Shown one piece after another: positions 48,019-58,157 of a stretch of 64,000 nt of DNA. The stretch is from a virus: positions 64,001-128,000 of the IMG/VR virus record IMGVR_UViG_3300017917_002938; one strand, written 5' to 3'. Both the position numbers and the translations under genes were made by a program. The notes under the pieces are model-generated. The model searched no databases. It was not told where the DNA came from and saw only the letters and a list, made by a program, of their open reading frames with translations. The stretch's first letter is position 1, and each line of letters starts with the position of its first letter.

Positions 48019-48243
48019 TTATAGACCGGCTTCTACAATAGCCTTGGCTTTAGCAAAGTAGATAGAAGCGTTGGTCTTGGTGATTTTGAGGTCTTCTACC
48101 ATCACCTGGATGATTTCATCCTTAGGCAACAGACCATTCACACGGAACAACTCCACCGCTACAGCCAACTTGGTGCCGGCCTTGGGCGCTCGCTTGAACA
48201 CGTACTGCTTACCTTTGAGCTTGGTTACGGATTCGATTTTCAT
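48019..48243 (-). CDS. small HTH-like early protein
   Basis: SD AAGGAG, promoter 48270-48298. Confidence 0.7.
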   Translation of the reverse strand: MKIESVTKLKGKQYVFKRAPKAGTKLAVAVELFRVNGLLPKDEIIQVMVEDLKITKTNASIYFAKAKAIVEAGL

Positions 48244-48486
48244 GGTTTCTCCTTATTCACTATACCTCTATTATGGATTCTACCGGAAATTAAATCAACT
48301 GAATTCATGACTAAAGAGCCCCTTTTCTGCTTGATTTAATTTATGAGTCTGAGCCAGACTTCAGAATTCTTCTGAGACCCTCTTCTCCCAGGAGCTCTCC
48401 AGGCAGAGCATTATTCCCAGAGCATTTCCCTATTTTCTTCTGTAAATTGCTAAATAAACAAATCTAATTCATTCAGGAGCCCGTCC

Positions 48487-48984
48487 ATGTACTTTTTCTA
48501 TCTCACCAAAGACTCTATCATCATTACTGAGGAGAGGTTAAAGCATGAGCAAATACAATCGACCAAAGACTATGACAATATTGACAAGATCGTAGATCAA
48601 TTGAAGAGGACTTATAAAGATTGTTCTATTGATAGACGTGTCAAGGTCAAGAGACAATTTGGATGGAAGTATTGGTCTGATGAAACCAAAGAAAAGAGTA
48701 GGAAAGCCATTTCCCGTTCTCTGACTGGATTGTTAAAGAGCGAGGAGCACAAGAGAGCGATCTCTCTGGCCCGTAAGGGTAAAGGTAACTTTACCGGTAA
48801 GAAACATACTGACTATACTAAAGCACTTCTATCTCATGCCAGACGAGGTAAGGATCCTATTAAAGGTAAACGTTGGTGTCATAATCCTTTAACCGGGGAA
48901 GAGAGACGTCTCTATGAGTTAATTGAAGGATTTACTTGGGGTCGTTCACCAGAAATCAAAGATTACTTCGGTCGTTGGCGTTAA
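48487..48984 (+). CDS. NUMOD3-repeat DNA-binding protein (homing-endonuclease-related)
   Basis: SDETKEK, SEEHKRAIS, HTDYTK repeats; KRWCHNP; SD AGGAG; only credible + strand gene. Confidence 0.7.
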   Translation: MYFFYLTKDSIIITEERLKHEQIQSTKDYDNIDKIVDQLKRTYKDCSIDRRVKVKRQFGWKYWSDETKEKSRKAISRSLTGLLKSEEHKRAISLARKGKGNFTGKKHTDYTKALLSHARRGKDPIKGKRWCHNPLTGEERRLYELIEGFTWGRSPEIKDYFGRWR

Positions 48985-49343
48985 CGCCTCATCTGGGCCA
49001 CATCAATGGCATGCTGTTCATCAATAATAGGAATAGCATTTGACTTATGCATCGTAGCAATTCCTTTGATTAACGTCCCCGTATAAACCTTTCTTTCTAC
49101 CGGGGCCGTCGATCCACTACCCGTATCTAACGAAGGATAATGAGGAACCTCTCGAATAGGCTGACGCGTGACGATCGGCGATCGTATATTCTTTACCGCC
49201 TCGACCTTGATATTAGAGTAAGTAGTCTTATACTTCTTCTCCAACTCCTCGTTCTGCCTCTTGAATGCAGCCTTAGAACGGGCAGCCAGCTTCTTACCCT
49301 TCTTCGTTGACTTAGATGATTGATAGGTATAAATCAGACTCAT
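48981..49343 (-). CDS. conserved T4-like hypothetical protein
   Basis: YTGT..KGIATMHKSNAIP. Confidence 0.75.
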   Translation of the reverse strand: MSLIYTYQSSKSTKKGKKLAARSKAAFKRQNEELEKKYKTTYSNIKVEAVKNIRSPIVTRQPIREVPHYPSLDTGSGSTAPVERKVYTGTLIKGIATMHKSNAIPIIDEQHAIDVAQMRR

Positions 49344-49537
49344 TCGTTATCCTTCCATATCCATCCCAACATTATACGCGTATACCATCGATGAATCAAC
49401 TTCGGTCTCTTGGTACAGTGCACATGAAACGATTCATTAATCTCCCACCTCCCCTTGTATTGAGGGGGAGAGAATACTTCTAAGTGATGATTACTCACCA
49501 CTTCTTTTAGTTTAAGTAGACTATTGTCCTCGTTCAT
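49340..49537 (-). CDS. hypothetical protein
   Basis: Coupled ORF. Confidence 0.55.
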   Translation of the reverse strand: MNEDNSLLKLKEVVSNHHLEVFSPPQYKGRWEINESFHVHCTKRPKLIHRWYTRIMLGWIWKDNE

Positions 49538-50430
49538 CCTTGAACCAACATGTACTTGGCCAATTGCTTCCAGTTAGAGTTGCCAGAGTTGGCAATCTTG
49601 GCCGTTTGAATCAGAGTTCGTAGAGAGATCTCCTTGCACTCATTCATGTTCTGACGAATGATCTCCAACGCCGACCTCTTACTGTCAATCGATACGTTAG
49701 GCAAGAACTCATCCGAAGACATGATCGTCTCCATACGCTCGAGCTTTTGCTCGGTATTCATCGACAAATCAATATTCATCGATCGAGTCTTCAACGCCTG
49801 ATCCAGTCTTTCGGGGGAGAGGTTAGAGATAAAGATCACCCCGCCCTTGAATGAGAACGAACGAGGAAGATTGGGATCTCGCATCTCACTGTTCCAAGTG
49901 ATGATACGACGATCGAACGAGTCCAACGCACCCTTCAATAGGTTCAAAGCATCAGGGTCCTTCAATACAGAATCACAATCGTCAAACACAATGACACTGT
50001 TACGATTCTCATAAAGAATACGATAGAGAGCCTTAGCAGTAGAAAAGCCCTTGATCACAGAGAACATCATGTTGGTCATCACTACCGAACCAATATCCTT
50101 CTCCGCTAACACATCGGACATATCTCGGAGCCCGGCTGCCTCTAACGCTTTGATCACAGTATAAGACTTACCCAACCCTCCCTCACCAGTAATAATCACC
50201 GAGGGAGTTTGCTTCTTAGCTACCATCTCAACCACATTCTGCACAAAGCCAAAACGTTCATTGATAGGAAACTCAATGGACTTCTCTTTCTGCTTGGCTT
50301 GCTCGACCTTGGAGTCAGCAGCATGGGAGGCCAGTTGTCGTTCAACATAGTACTTCGAAGAACTCTTTACAACTAACTTACCGTTCACATATCCGTGATA
50401 CTTACCTGAAATCAACTCAATCTTAGTCAT
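49534..50430 (-). CDS. AAA+ ATPase
   Basis: Walker A GEGGLGKS, Walker B VIVFDD, sensor ISN, Arg finger LKTR. Confidence 0.85.
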   Translation of the reverse strand: MTKIELISGKYHGYVNGKLVVKSSSKYYVERQLASHAADSKVEQAKQKEKSIEFPINERFGFVQNVVEMVAKKQTPSVIITGEGGLGKSYTVIKALEAAGLRDMSDVLAEKDIGSVVMTNMMFSVIKGFSTAKALYRILYENRNSVIVFDDCDSVLKDPDALNLLKGALDSFDRRIITWNSEMRDPNLPRSFSFKGGVIFISNLSPERLDQALKTRSMNIDLSMNTEQKLERMETIMSSDEFLPNVSIDSKRSALEIIRQNMNECKEISLRTLIQTAKIANSGNSNWKQLAKYMLVQG

Positions 50431-50566
50431 GTCATACCTTTCTCAATCATCAATATACCAATTGTAAGGATGTCAGGAAATTAAATCAACAACTTTCTCC
50501 CCCTGAAAATCATCAATAAAATCAATGAGTTATACCAGAGAATGTGGGGAAACGCTGGTTTTCCCA

Positions 50567-50595
50567 TAAAAAAAGGAGGGAAAACCCTCCTTTTT
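50567..50595 (-). terminator. intrinsic terminator (bidirectional-looking)
   Basis: AAAAAGGAGGG-TTTT-CCCTCCTTTTT. Confidence 0.8.
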
Positions 50596-50614
50596 GCTCA
50601 GGTATTTCTGAGTG

Positions 50615-50860
50615 TTACGCTAACTTGCTTCCAAGCATGATAGCACTCACCAGCATATTCTTTACCTCCATGTCGTCGGCCTCGGCTTCCAACTCATCTA
50701 CTTTGATTAAGTCTAACATCAAAGCAGAGAATTCTGAATCAGATAACTGACCGCTCTCCATTCCCTCAATGAGTTGAAGGGCCATCTGAGCACGAGTCTC
50801 AGCCCATGGGCGCCCGCATGTGGATACTGCTTGTAAAGTACCTTTGTCTTGAATTAACAT
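50615..50860 (-). CDS. hypothetical protein
   Basis: ORF. Confidence 0.6.
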   Translation of the reverse strand: MLIQDKGTLQAVSTCGRPWAETRAQMALQLIEGMESGQLSDSEFSALMLDLIKVDELEAEADDMEVKNMLVSAIMLGSKLA

Positions 50861-51240
50861 TACCATCTCCCTAATATGACTTTAGATGCACGCTCACTTT
50901 GTTGTAAGAGAATCTTCTTCTTCATCTCACAATATAGTGTAGCTCCCTCTCCCCTTTGTTGCCACTCATTGATAGTGAACCTCATAGGTTCAACTAGTCT
51001 GAGCACATCTTTCTGAAGAGCACCCTTGGCTTGACTATACAACTCAAACCTCTTGATGTCTTCAGAAACAAGATTGACTTGGGGGATCTGTGGCTTCTCA
51101 CAATCAATCTTTCCTATCGATATTCTAGCCTGAATTATATAGTTAGACTGATTATCATCCCAGAACGAGGGAATCCACTTCTCAATAGTAGAACACCCTG
51201 TCAACATTACCATAGTTACTGCTGCTAAGAGCATTCTCAT
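50860..51240 (-). CDS. putative lipoprotein
   Basis: Lipobox LTGC. Confidence 0.7.
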   Translation of the reverse strand: MRMLLAAVTMVMLTGCSTIEKWIPSFWDDNQSNYIIQARISIGKIDCEKPQIPQVNLVSEDIKRFELYSQAKGALQKDVLRLVEPMRFTINEWQQRGEGATLYCEMKKKILLQQSERASKVILGRW

Positions 51241-51241
51241 G

Positions 51242-51739
51242 TTATAGCTCCGGTTGAGGTTCTTGAACAGGCATTGGTTTACCAGTCGATGACATCATCA
51301 CGGGACCTTGGGTGGCAGGAGCTACAGTGCCCGGACTATTAAATTGCGGAGTGAACACGGGAGCGCTTGTTCTCGCTGGGGCTGGCTGTGTTTGAATAGG
51401 AGTAGGAGGCTTGTCCCATCCTTTATTAGCTGCTGCTAATGCTTGCTTCTGTGCATCCTTATCATTTCCAGCCAGCATTATCCCTGATAGAGTACCAGTT
51501 AGGAAAGTAGCAATAGGAATGATCAACTCAAAGAACTTCTGATCGATAGGTGAGATCGCATTCAATGGTTGAGTTACAAATATGATAGAATAAAGAACAA
51601 CAAATACAATACCGGTAAGCGTTAATGCTAAACATATACCGATGAAGAAGCGCAAACGCGCCATAAGTTGATCTTCTGTGTAGATGAATGTATCATCTGC
51701 CTCTTTTTCTTTGAAAAAATTAATGTCTTTCATTTGCAA
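51242..51739 (-). CDS. two-TM membrane protein with Pro-rich tail
   Basis: Two hydrophobic helices. Confidence 0.7.
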   Translation of the reverse strand: MQMKDINFFKEKEADDTFIYTEDQLMARLRFFIGICLALTLTGIVFVVLYSIIFVTQPLNAISPIDQKFFELIIPIATFLTGTLSGIMLAGNDKDAQKQALAAANKGWDKPPTPIQTQPAPARTSAPVFTPQFNSPGTVAPATQGPVMMSSTGKPMPVQEPQPEL

Positions 51740-52017
51740 TTCGCTCCTTGTTGTGTTTGTGGGGCAGCAGGAGCCGCTCCCACTTGTCCTTCTAATCTGG
51801 TTGGAGGTGGTCCTAATCTAGGATCTCTCTGACCTTTAAAAATATGCTCTGGGCATGTTCTAGTCACATCACATAGAGGCATCTTACAGTAATCCTTATC
51901 CCAGTTGGCTGGGTCTTGACATGGATAGCGGAACTTATCCCCTCCAAAGATGGCAAGCATCAATGGAAGGAATAGCAGCAACGCCAGCCATCTAAACATT
52001 TTTCTATCATTCATCAT
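51730..52017 (-). CDS. membrane-anchored Cys-rich small protein
   Basis: TM then RYPCQDP..W...C..P.C....CP. Confidence 0.7.
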   Translation of the reverse strand: MMNDRKMFRWLALLLFLPLMLAIFGGDKFRYPCQDPANWDKDYCKMPLCDVTRTCPEHIFKGQRDPRLGPPPTRLEGQVGAAPAAPQTQQGANCK

Positions 52018-52036
52018 TCCATCCTTCTCGTTATAA

Positions 52037-52567
52037 TTATTTGGCTAACGGATTGTCTAACGCTTTTTGTATTTTTGAGTCGACAGTTCGTTCCATATTC
52101 TTTAGTGCCCCGTCCGTCTCTTTACGAGATTGGCGAAGCTCATCACGCACATCTTTAACAGCCAAGTCCGTCTCTCTTTGAGATTGTTTGGCCGAACGCT
52201 CAACATTATCCACAGTGCTTTCCAAGCGACGGATGTCACTCTTCAAATCATTCTTAATGTTATTGGTATAATCTTGAGCAGATTCTGCTTGTTTAGAAAT
52301 AACAGCTAATCTTTTGTCAAACTCTGATAAATCAGGAGCCACATACTCTGCAATTCTTTTCTTCATACTTTGATAGTCTTTATATACTTCAAACGCACCA
52401 TACAATCCACCTAGTATTGAAGATACGATTGTGAATGCAACCATTAGCTTTGCTGGAGTAAATTCATATCCGCCAATACTGATGACGGTATCTTTACTCG
52501 CATACTTTTTAACTCCTGCTTCCAGATCATCAATTTTCTTATTTACATCTTTGATTTCTTCTGGCAT
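52037..52567 (-). CDS. TM plus coiled-coil protein
   Basis: Hydrophobic helix, heptads, ALDNPL end. Confidence 0.7.
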   Translation of the reverse strand: MPEEIKDVNKKIDDLEAGVKKYASKDTVISIGGYEFTPAKLMVAFTIVSSILGGLYGAFEVYKDYQSMKKRIAEYVAPDLSEFDKRLAVISKQAESAQDYTNNIKNDLKSDIRRLESTVDNVERSAKQSQRETDLAVKDVRDELRQSRKETDGALKNMERTVDSKIQKALDNPLAK

Positions 52568-52575
52568 AACTTTTC

Positions 52576-52782
52576 CTATTTCTGTCTGTCCAACTGTTTG
52601 GCCAACGATCTCATCTTAATCAAGTCAGAAGGGGTTGGACCTTTCTCCTTCTTTTCTTCTATATCCTTTGTACTAACATCATTTTGTTCAGATTCTTTAT
52701 AAAGGTAGAACGCATATATTACTAAAACCATTACCTCTATAAGATAAAATACTATGAATGATTCAAGAAGAAGGCTCATCAT
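52576..52782 (-). CDS. small membrane protein
   Basis: N-terminal TM. Confidence 0.6.
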   Translation of the reverse strand: MMSLLLESFIVFYLIEVMVLVIYAFYLYKESEQNDVSTKDIEEKKEKGPTPSDLIKMRSLAKQLDRQK

Positions 52783-54260
52783 CTGTACTGTTGATTAACC
52801 ATTTCTTCATGAAGCCTATCCGACCCTCCAAATAATCTTCTTCCTGCGTTTCTATTATCTACAACATCTTTTCCATATTGTCTTTGTAATTGCTTTTGAA
52901 GCAGATCAGGAACGTTTGCTTGAGCGTAAGAAGCAAACCCAGGAACAAATCCCATTGCCCCTATGACATTTTGTTGCACGGCTACTTGACTTTCAAATGT
53001 AGTAGCTGTTTGAGCTTTTTTCATCTCATCTCTTGCTTTTTCATTTGCTGCTCTCTTTATCTCGGCACTAGGTTTACCTTCATTAGAATTAGCTCTTGCC
53101 TCAGCTCTCTCAGCTCTTTCTGCCCTAACTGATTTAGGGGCGGGTTGCTCTTGAGAGTTACTTCCTTGTTTAGGTTCTGGCTTTTGCTGTTGAGCAACTT
53201 GATTTGGTCCACCTTGTCCTCCTTGTGAAGGGGCTAATTGTACGGGGGCTGTCGCACTAGGAGTAACAGAAGATTTTGATTCTATTGTTTTATCTACGTT
53301 ACTATCTCCTGTAGTTGATACCTGTGTCTCTACCTTACCATCAGATGAAACTGTAGTAGAAGGTTCAGATTTAGGCTTAACAGTAGATGTGGAAGATGTA
53401 GAAGATATTCCTAATACATTTTTCTTAGCATATGCAGCTGCATAATCCGGGCACGAAGTACTATAGAGACTATCTAATGTGCATTGTTGTGCAAGATAAG
53501 CCGATTGATATCCCGGGCATGATTGAGAGAATAATGGATTGATTGTACATTGAGCAGTTGTATATCCTGGGCATGATGGATCATGCAATGGATTAATAGA
53601 GCATTGCTGTGTTAGATAAGCGGCTGCATAACCTGGACATGAAGCATTAGATAAAGGATCAGAAGCACATATGTCTGCGGTATAGTTAAATCTCAAATAT
53701 GGATCTTTAAACTGAGGTCCATAGTAACCAGCCCAGAATCTACTATCTTTTCCTGTAAATGTTAATCTTGCATTACCAACACTAGCTAATGAATAAGGAG
53801 AAGAAAATATTTTTGTTTGATCCCATTGAGTCCATCCATTGGTAGTCTGAGGTAAATTATCATTATATGATTGTAAGGTTTCACCTGATGGACTTAAAAT
53901 AGACGCTCCCACAGATAATGTTCCTGAATAATCATTTTGATTATAGTAAGTTAATCCATATTCTATTCCGTTGATCTGAAGACCAGACCCAGACAAAGCA
54001 GAATTAATTGCCATTGAGTATGCAATTGTTCCTTGAGTATAGCCAAACATGAACTGCCCTGTTGAACTATTATATCCAGGTTGGTTTCCCCCTGCAAATC
54101 CCCCTCCTGTAGAATTAGTAACAGTAAATCCTGTCCAGTTGTAATCAACTCCAGCTGGAGCGGGACTTACAGTTGTTCCAACTACATTAGGAGAAGTCTG
54201 GATCTGTGCGTAAACAGATCCAGCTAGCAAGAATAAGAATATAGAAAGAAACTTTTTCAT
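52779..54260 (-). CDS. secreted protein with four C-x3-PL-x4-CPGY-type repeats
   Basis: Signal peptide MKKFLSIFLFLLAGSVYA; tandem Cys repeats. Confidence 0.75.
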   Translation of the reverse strand: MKKFLSIFLFLLAGSVYAQIQTSPNVVGTTVSPAPAGVDYNWTGFTVTNSTGGGFAGGNQPGYNSSTGQFMFGYTQGTIAYSMAINSALSGSGLQINGIEYGLTYYNQNDYSGTLSVGASILSPSGETLQSYNDNLPQTTNGWTQWDQTKIFSSPYSLASVGNARLTFTGKDSRFWAGYYGPQFKDPYLRFNYTADICASDPLSNASCPGYAAAYLTQQCSINPLHDPSCPGYTTAQCTINPLFSQSCPGYQSAYLAQQCTLDSLYSTSCPDYAAAYAKKNVLGISSTSSTSTVKPKSEPSTTVSSDGKVETQVSTTGDSNVDKTIESKSSVTPSATAPVQLAPSQGGQGGPNQVAQQQKPEPKQGSNSQEQPAPKSVRAERAERAEARANSNEGKPSAEIKRAANEKARDEMKKAQTATTFESQVAVQQNVIGAMGFVPGFASYAQANVPDLLQKQLQRQYGKDVVDNRNAGRRLFGGSDRLHEEMVNQQYR

Positions 54261-54802
54261 TTAGCTGCTTCTTCTTTCTTATCTTCTTTTTTGTCTTCTT
54301 TCTTTTCCGGCTCTCTTAAATCAACTATAGGAGGTTTAATAGCGTAATTACCTACTTCGTCTTTCTTTGCCCTGTTTAATGCTCCTCGTCTTTCCCATTC
54401 TGTTTTAGCATCAGCACCTATCTTACCGTCGATTGGGCAAGGGGTTCCAGCTGCTATCATAGCAGTAAAGATACGCTCATCTTGACACAATGTTGCAACT
54501 GCAGCAACCTTCATGCCCATGTCGTAGAGGTTTTTAGATAATTTAATTCTCTCGCAATTTAAATCCTTTTGCGTCCCTCCCATCGAGATGCCAAGTATTT
54601 GCGTTTGAACGGCGCCAGATGCTGCTACAGCGCACACGTCATTATTAATTGTTGTGATTGCGGGAGCCACAGCCGTAGGAGGCGGTGACTTTACCGTAGT
54701 TTCTGAGGTGCTTCTTGAAGTCGAGTCAGTAACAATTGTTTGACCAATTGCAGGTGATGATAACATAACAAAAAGCACCGCAGCTGCGAGCTTTCTGTTC
54801 AT
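54257..54802 (-). CDS. secreted Cys-containing protein
   Basis: Signal peptide; SPPPTAVAP, NCERIK, LCQD, GTPCP. Confidence 0.75.
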   Translation of the reverse strand: MNRKLAAAVLFVMLSSPAIGQTIVTDSTSRSTSETTVKSPPPTAVAPAITTINNDVCAVAASGAVQTQILGISMGGTQKDLNCERIKLSKNLYDMGMKVAAVATLCQDERIFTAMIAAGTPCPIDGKIGADAKTEWERRGALNRAKKDEVGNYAIKPPIVDLREPEKKEDKKEDKKEEAAK

Positions 54803-54819
54803 TTCGTTTGTTCCTTAAC

Positions 54820-55065
54820 TTAAATAATTGTTTGTTCTATCCAAAACATTACAAATTGGTTGGCAGAATTTTCTTCTTCGAACAAACCTATCTTAGTTAC
54901 ATGTAGTAGTCTATGATGCATCACTACTAGAATAGTGTCGAGATTAGTCATTGAGGCCTTCAATACCCAATCATTAATAACGACAGGCTCAACCGAAGTT
55001 AATTCTAATCCACTCTCAAGGGACTTTACTTTTGTTAAGTATTTTGTTCTTTCTGGTTGAGACAT
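54820..55065 (-). CDS. hypothetical protein
   Basis: SD AGGAGG; CTAAATA late-like motif at 55081. Confidence 0.65.
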   Translation of the reverse strand: MSQPERTKYLTKVKSLESGLELTSVEPVVINDWVLKASMTNLDTILVVMHHRLLHVTKIGLFEEENSANQFVMFWIEQTII

Positions 55066-55110
55066 AAGACCTCCTACGACTATTTAGGAGGACTCAAGTT
55101 GAGGGTGATA

Positions 55111-55560
55111 TTATAAACCGAATGTTTCCACGTATCTCGAGAATAAACCTAACTCTCTTCCATACGCTTCTATTTCCCAAGGTTGATCCCAGTAATCAAT
55201 CTTATTATTTTCAAAGTGTCTATCATGCCAGGTAGTCGGGCGAGAGAATACAAACCCGTTAGACAATTCACCTAGAGCAAATTGTTTAAGATGTACCATC
55301 TCATGGGCAAGATTTTTAAGTAAATCTTCCTTCTTTTCTTTCTTATCTAACTCAATGATAAAAAATCTATGAGGTCCATCCTTATCTGAGTATTCACAAT
55401 ATCCAGAAGCATTATCATCTAGCTTTCCTTTAAGAAGAATATCTAAACTGATATTATTAGTCATTCTTCGAGGTAAAAGAATGGATCCGTAGAACTCAGC
55501 TGCTTGCGCTAGCTCGTTCTTAAGCTTGGAAGATCTATGTCCTTTAACCTCTATATCCAT
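55111..55560 (-). CDS. zinc metallopeptidase-like protein
   Basis: AHEMVH, PWEIEA. Confidence 0.75.
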   Translation of the reverse strand: MDIEVKGHRSSKLKNELAQAAEFYGSILLPRRMTNNISLDILLKGKLDDNASGYCEYSDKDGPHRFFIIELDKKEKKEDLLKNLAHEMVHLKQFALGELSNGFVFSRPTTWHDRHFENNKIDYWDQPWEIEAYGRELGLFSRYVETFGL

Positions 55561-55704
55561 AAGATTACCTACAGAATAACGATAACTAAAAGTCCTCGTA
55601 AAGTGAAACGCTCGATCGTATCTTGCCTTTTTCTTCCTATAAGATCCAATATGTTCTTGATTTTGAAGATAATAACTGTATCTCATTGGTTTTATAATGC
55701 AAAA

Positions 55705-57087
55705 TTATTTGAAGGAATCGAAAAGATTCTTTCTCTCAGTATTTATTCTTTTCCCGGTTGCTGAGCTATCAAAAACAGGTGTATCATCTTGAATGTTTTG
55801 CTGAGCATGTTGTTCTACATCGTATAAACGCATCTTAGACTTATCCACACCAATAACGAACTTGCGATGAAAGCCTGGATCTGAATATCGATTCTTCAAT
55901 TGTTTAACCATGAATTGCCCTAGATCCTGTAGTTCTTCAGAGGATATTAAAGCAAACATAAAGTCAGCAGTTGCAGGCAATCCAAACGATTCAGAAGTAT
56001 CTTCTAACCCTAAGTCGGTATTCGTGTAACCCGAGCGAGTAGTCTGAGTAGCGGATACGATAGGGACGTTAAATTCAACCGCCAAACCTCTTAACTCTTC
56101 AGCAATAGCCTTTACATAAGAATAAGAATTAACATTGCTTCCAAATTTAAGTCTAGAACTTATACAGATATTTAAATAGTCAATATAGATGATATCAGGT
56201 ACGAAGTTACGTTTAAGCTTAAGCTCATTCAACAGATGCCTGAAGTTAGCCGATCCAGCACTAGCGGTAGGATACTCTTTGATGATTAGTTTACCGGTAG
56301 TCTTTTCTTTTACTCTTGCGATCTTCTTTTCGTATACATCTAGAGGGAGTACGGAAAGCATATCGATAGTCTCATTTAGAAGATTAGCATCGATCCTCTC
56401 TGCAATCTTCTCTTCCGCCATTTCTAACGTAATGTAAAGAACATCATATCCTTTAGAGAGGTTAGATGCAGCACAATGACACATGAACAAAGACTTACCA
56501 ACACCAGTACCAGCAAGTGCCACATTAAGGGTCTTAGCCGGTAAGCCTCCCTTTGTAATTTTATTAAAGTATTCGAGATCAAATTCAACTCGCTTTATCT
56601 TTTCATGATACGAATCGTAACGATCTTCAAAGTCTTCCAAAAAGTCATGCCCGATGCTCGTATCAAATGACACCGATAATGCTTCTGATAATAACGCTGG
56701 AATACTTCCCTTTGAAAGCTTTCCAGTCTTATCGTCGAGTATGTGGATTGATTCCATGATCGCATTCTGAATAGCTTTATCTTGACAGAATTTCTCAGTT
56801 ACATCTAACAACCACTCTACATCGTCTTGTTTGTCTTCTTCTTTCAGAGTATGAATATAATCTTTCAGATGTTGAACTTCTTCATCAGATAGACCATCAA
56901 CGTTATCTGCATCAACTAATAGTGCAGTTTGATTAGGAGACTTATTATAGAGTTCTGTATATTGCTTGATTAACTTATATGTCGTCTTTGTAATTCTATC
57001 AGCAAAGTAGCTATCTTTGAGGAATGGTAATACTTTTCTTGTGTACTCTTCATTATGAATTAGATTGAACAGTATCGTCTTTTCCAC
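55705..57087 (-). CDS. T4-like replicative helicase gp41
   Basis: AGTGVGKS, ITLEM, IDYL, SATQ, SESFG, LKNRY. Confidence 0.95.
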   Translation of the reverse strand: MEKTILFNLIHNEEYTRKVLPFLKDSYFADRITKTTYKLIKQYTELYNKSPNQTALLVDADNVDGLSDEEVQHLKDYIHTLKEEDKQDDVEWLLDVTEKFCQDKAIQNAIMESIHILDDKTGKLSKGSIPALLSEALSVSFDTSIGHDFLEDFEDRYDSYHEKIKRVEFDLEYFNKITKGGLPAKTLNVALAGTGVGKSLFMCHCAASNLSKGYDVLYITLEMAEEKIAERIDANLLNETIDMLSVLPLDVYEKKIARVKEKTTGKLIIKEYPTASAGSANFRHLLNELKLKRNFVPDIIYIDYLNICISSRLKFGSNVNSYSYVKAIAEELRGLAVEFNVPIVSATQTTRSGYTNTDLGLEDTSESFGLPATADFMFALISSEELQDLGQFMVKQLKNRYSDPGFHRKFVIGVDKSKMRLYDVEQHAQQNIQDDTPVFDSSATGKRINTERKNLFDSFK

Positions 57088-58157
57088 TATTTCTTTCCTT
57101 CCAGGAGCTATTTTCTATAATTATAGAACCATCTTCATTTATTTTCCATTCAAGGGTATCATTCACACGCCAGTCCCATTCTTCCAGCGTTCCCTCGTCA
57201 AAAACCAGAAATTGATCTCCGTTTTCGTCTTCTTCTACATTTGCTACTATCGTCTTACTTTGAAGGGGATGTACTTTTGTATTTGGCTGCACGAACTTGC
57301 TCCTGAGGGACTTTAAATCTCGTGTCTGGGTATCTTGTTTTTGCAGCTAGCTCAAGATCTTCAAATGTCTTTCCTTGAGCAATAAAGTCTCCTTTATCGG
57401 AGTAGAGAAGAAAGAATCCGCTATGCTCTTCTATAGATGCATCAACAATTATCTCTTCTACTTCCTCTAATGCTCGATGAAAGAATTCTTCTTCAACCTT
57501 GGCTTTTGCTACACGGTACAATGCATATATGAACCCAATTATGAAACCTAAAGCAATTAAAAATAAATCATCAAACATTACTTTTAAGGTCTTTTTCGAA
57601 TGTAAAAAAGGCTTTCATTTTTTGTTCTTCTGTCCATGAAGAACAATAATCATTATCAACATCACATAGAGATAATGCTTGTTCTTGTGATACTACTCGA
57701 TGAGAAACAATAGTCTCTCCTAAGTGCTCTTGACTAAATTCCTGAGCCTCTTGACATACTACGGTGTCAAGGGCGTATTCAGGATGACTGTCTGGCGTCT
57801 CAACCATGTAACGCATACGGAACATTGATACTGCTTCTACTAATACCCAGGCCATTATATTTTTCTCCTACAATCAAAACTATCTACCATTACTCTAAAT
57901 GAACCAGCATACTTGCAATCAAGAACGATGTCCTGTCCTCTGAAGTGACTTCCGGTCCAAAACCCAATAGCAAAAATAATAAACACTAACGCATAGGTGG
58001 GAGCTGCTTGAAGAAAACCTTTTTTAAAGCTTCTCCAATCTCTCTTACTAAACCAAACGTTATTATAATCACTCCGCTGCGACTGCCTCGACGAGTTCTT
58101 CGTCGACCGAACGCCCTGCTGTTCCATAGCTAAATTCCTTTTTGGCTGCTTCCTCAA
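57053..58157 (-). CDS. four small hypothetical ORFs (57053-57292 AbrB-like, 57255-57578, 57571-57855, 57855-58157)
   Basis: Coupled ORFs between uvsX and gp41; starts uncertain. Confidence 0.6.

Noticed and set aside
42548-50490. Repeated cassettes as a CRISPR array or IS ends
   Set aside because: Irregular kb-scale spacing with genes between; the units are promoters with SD.
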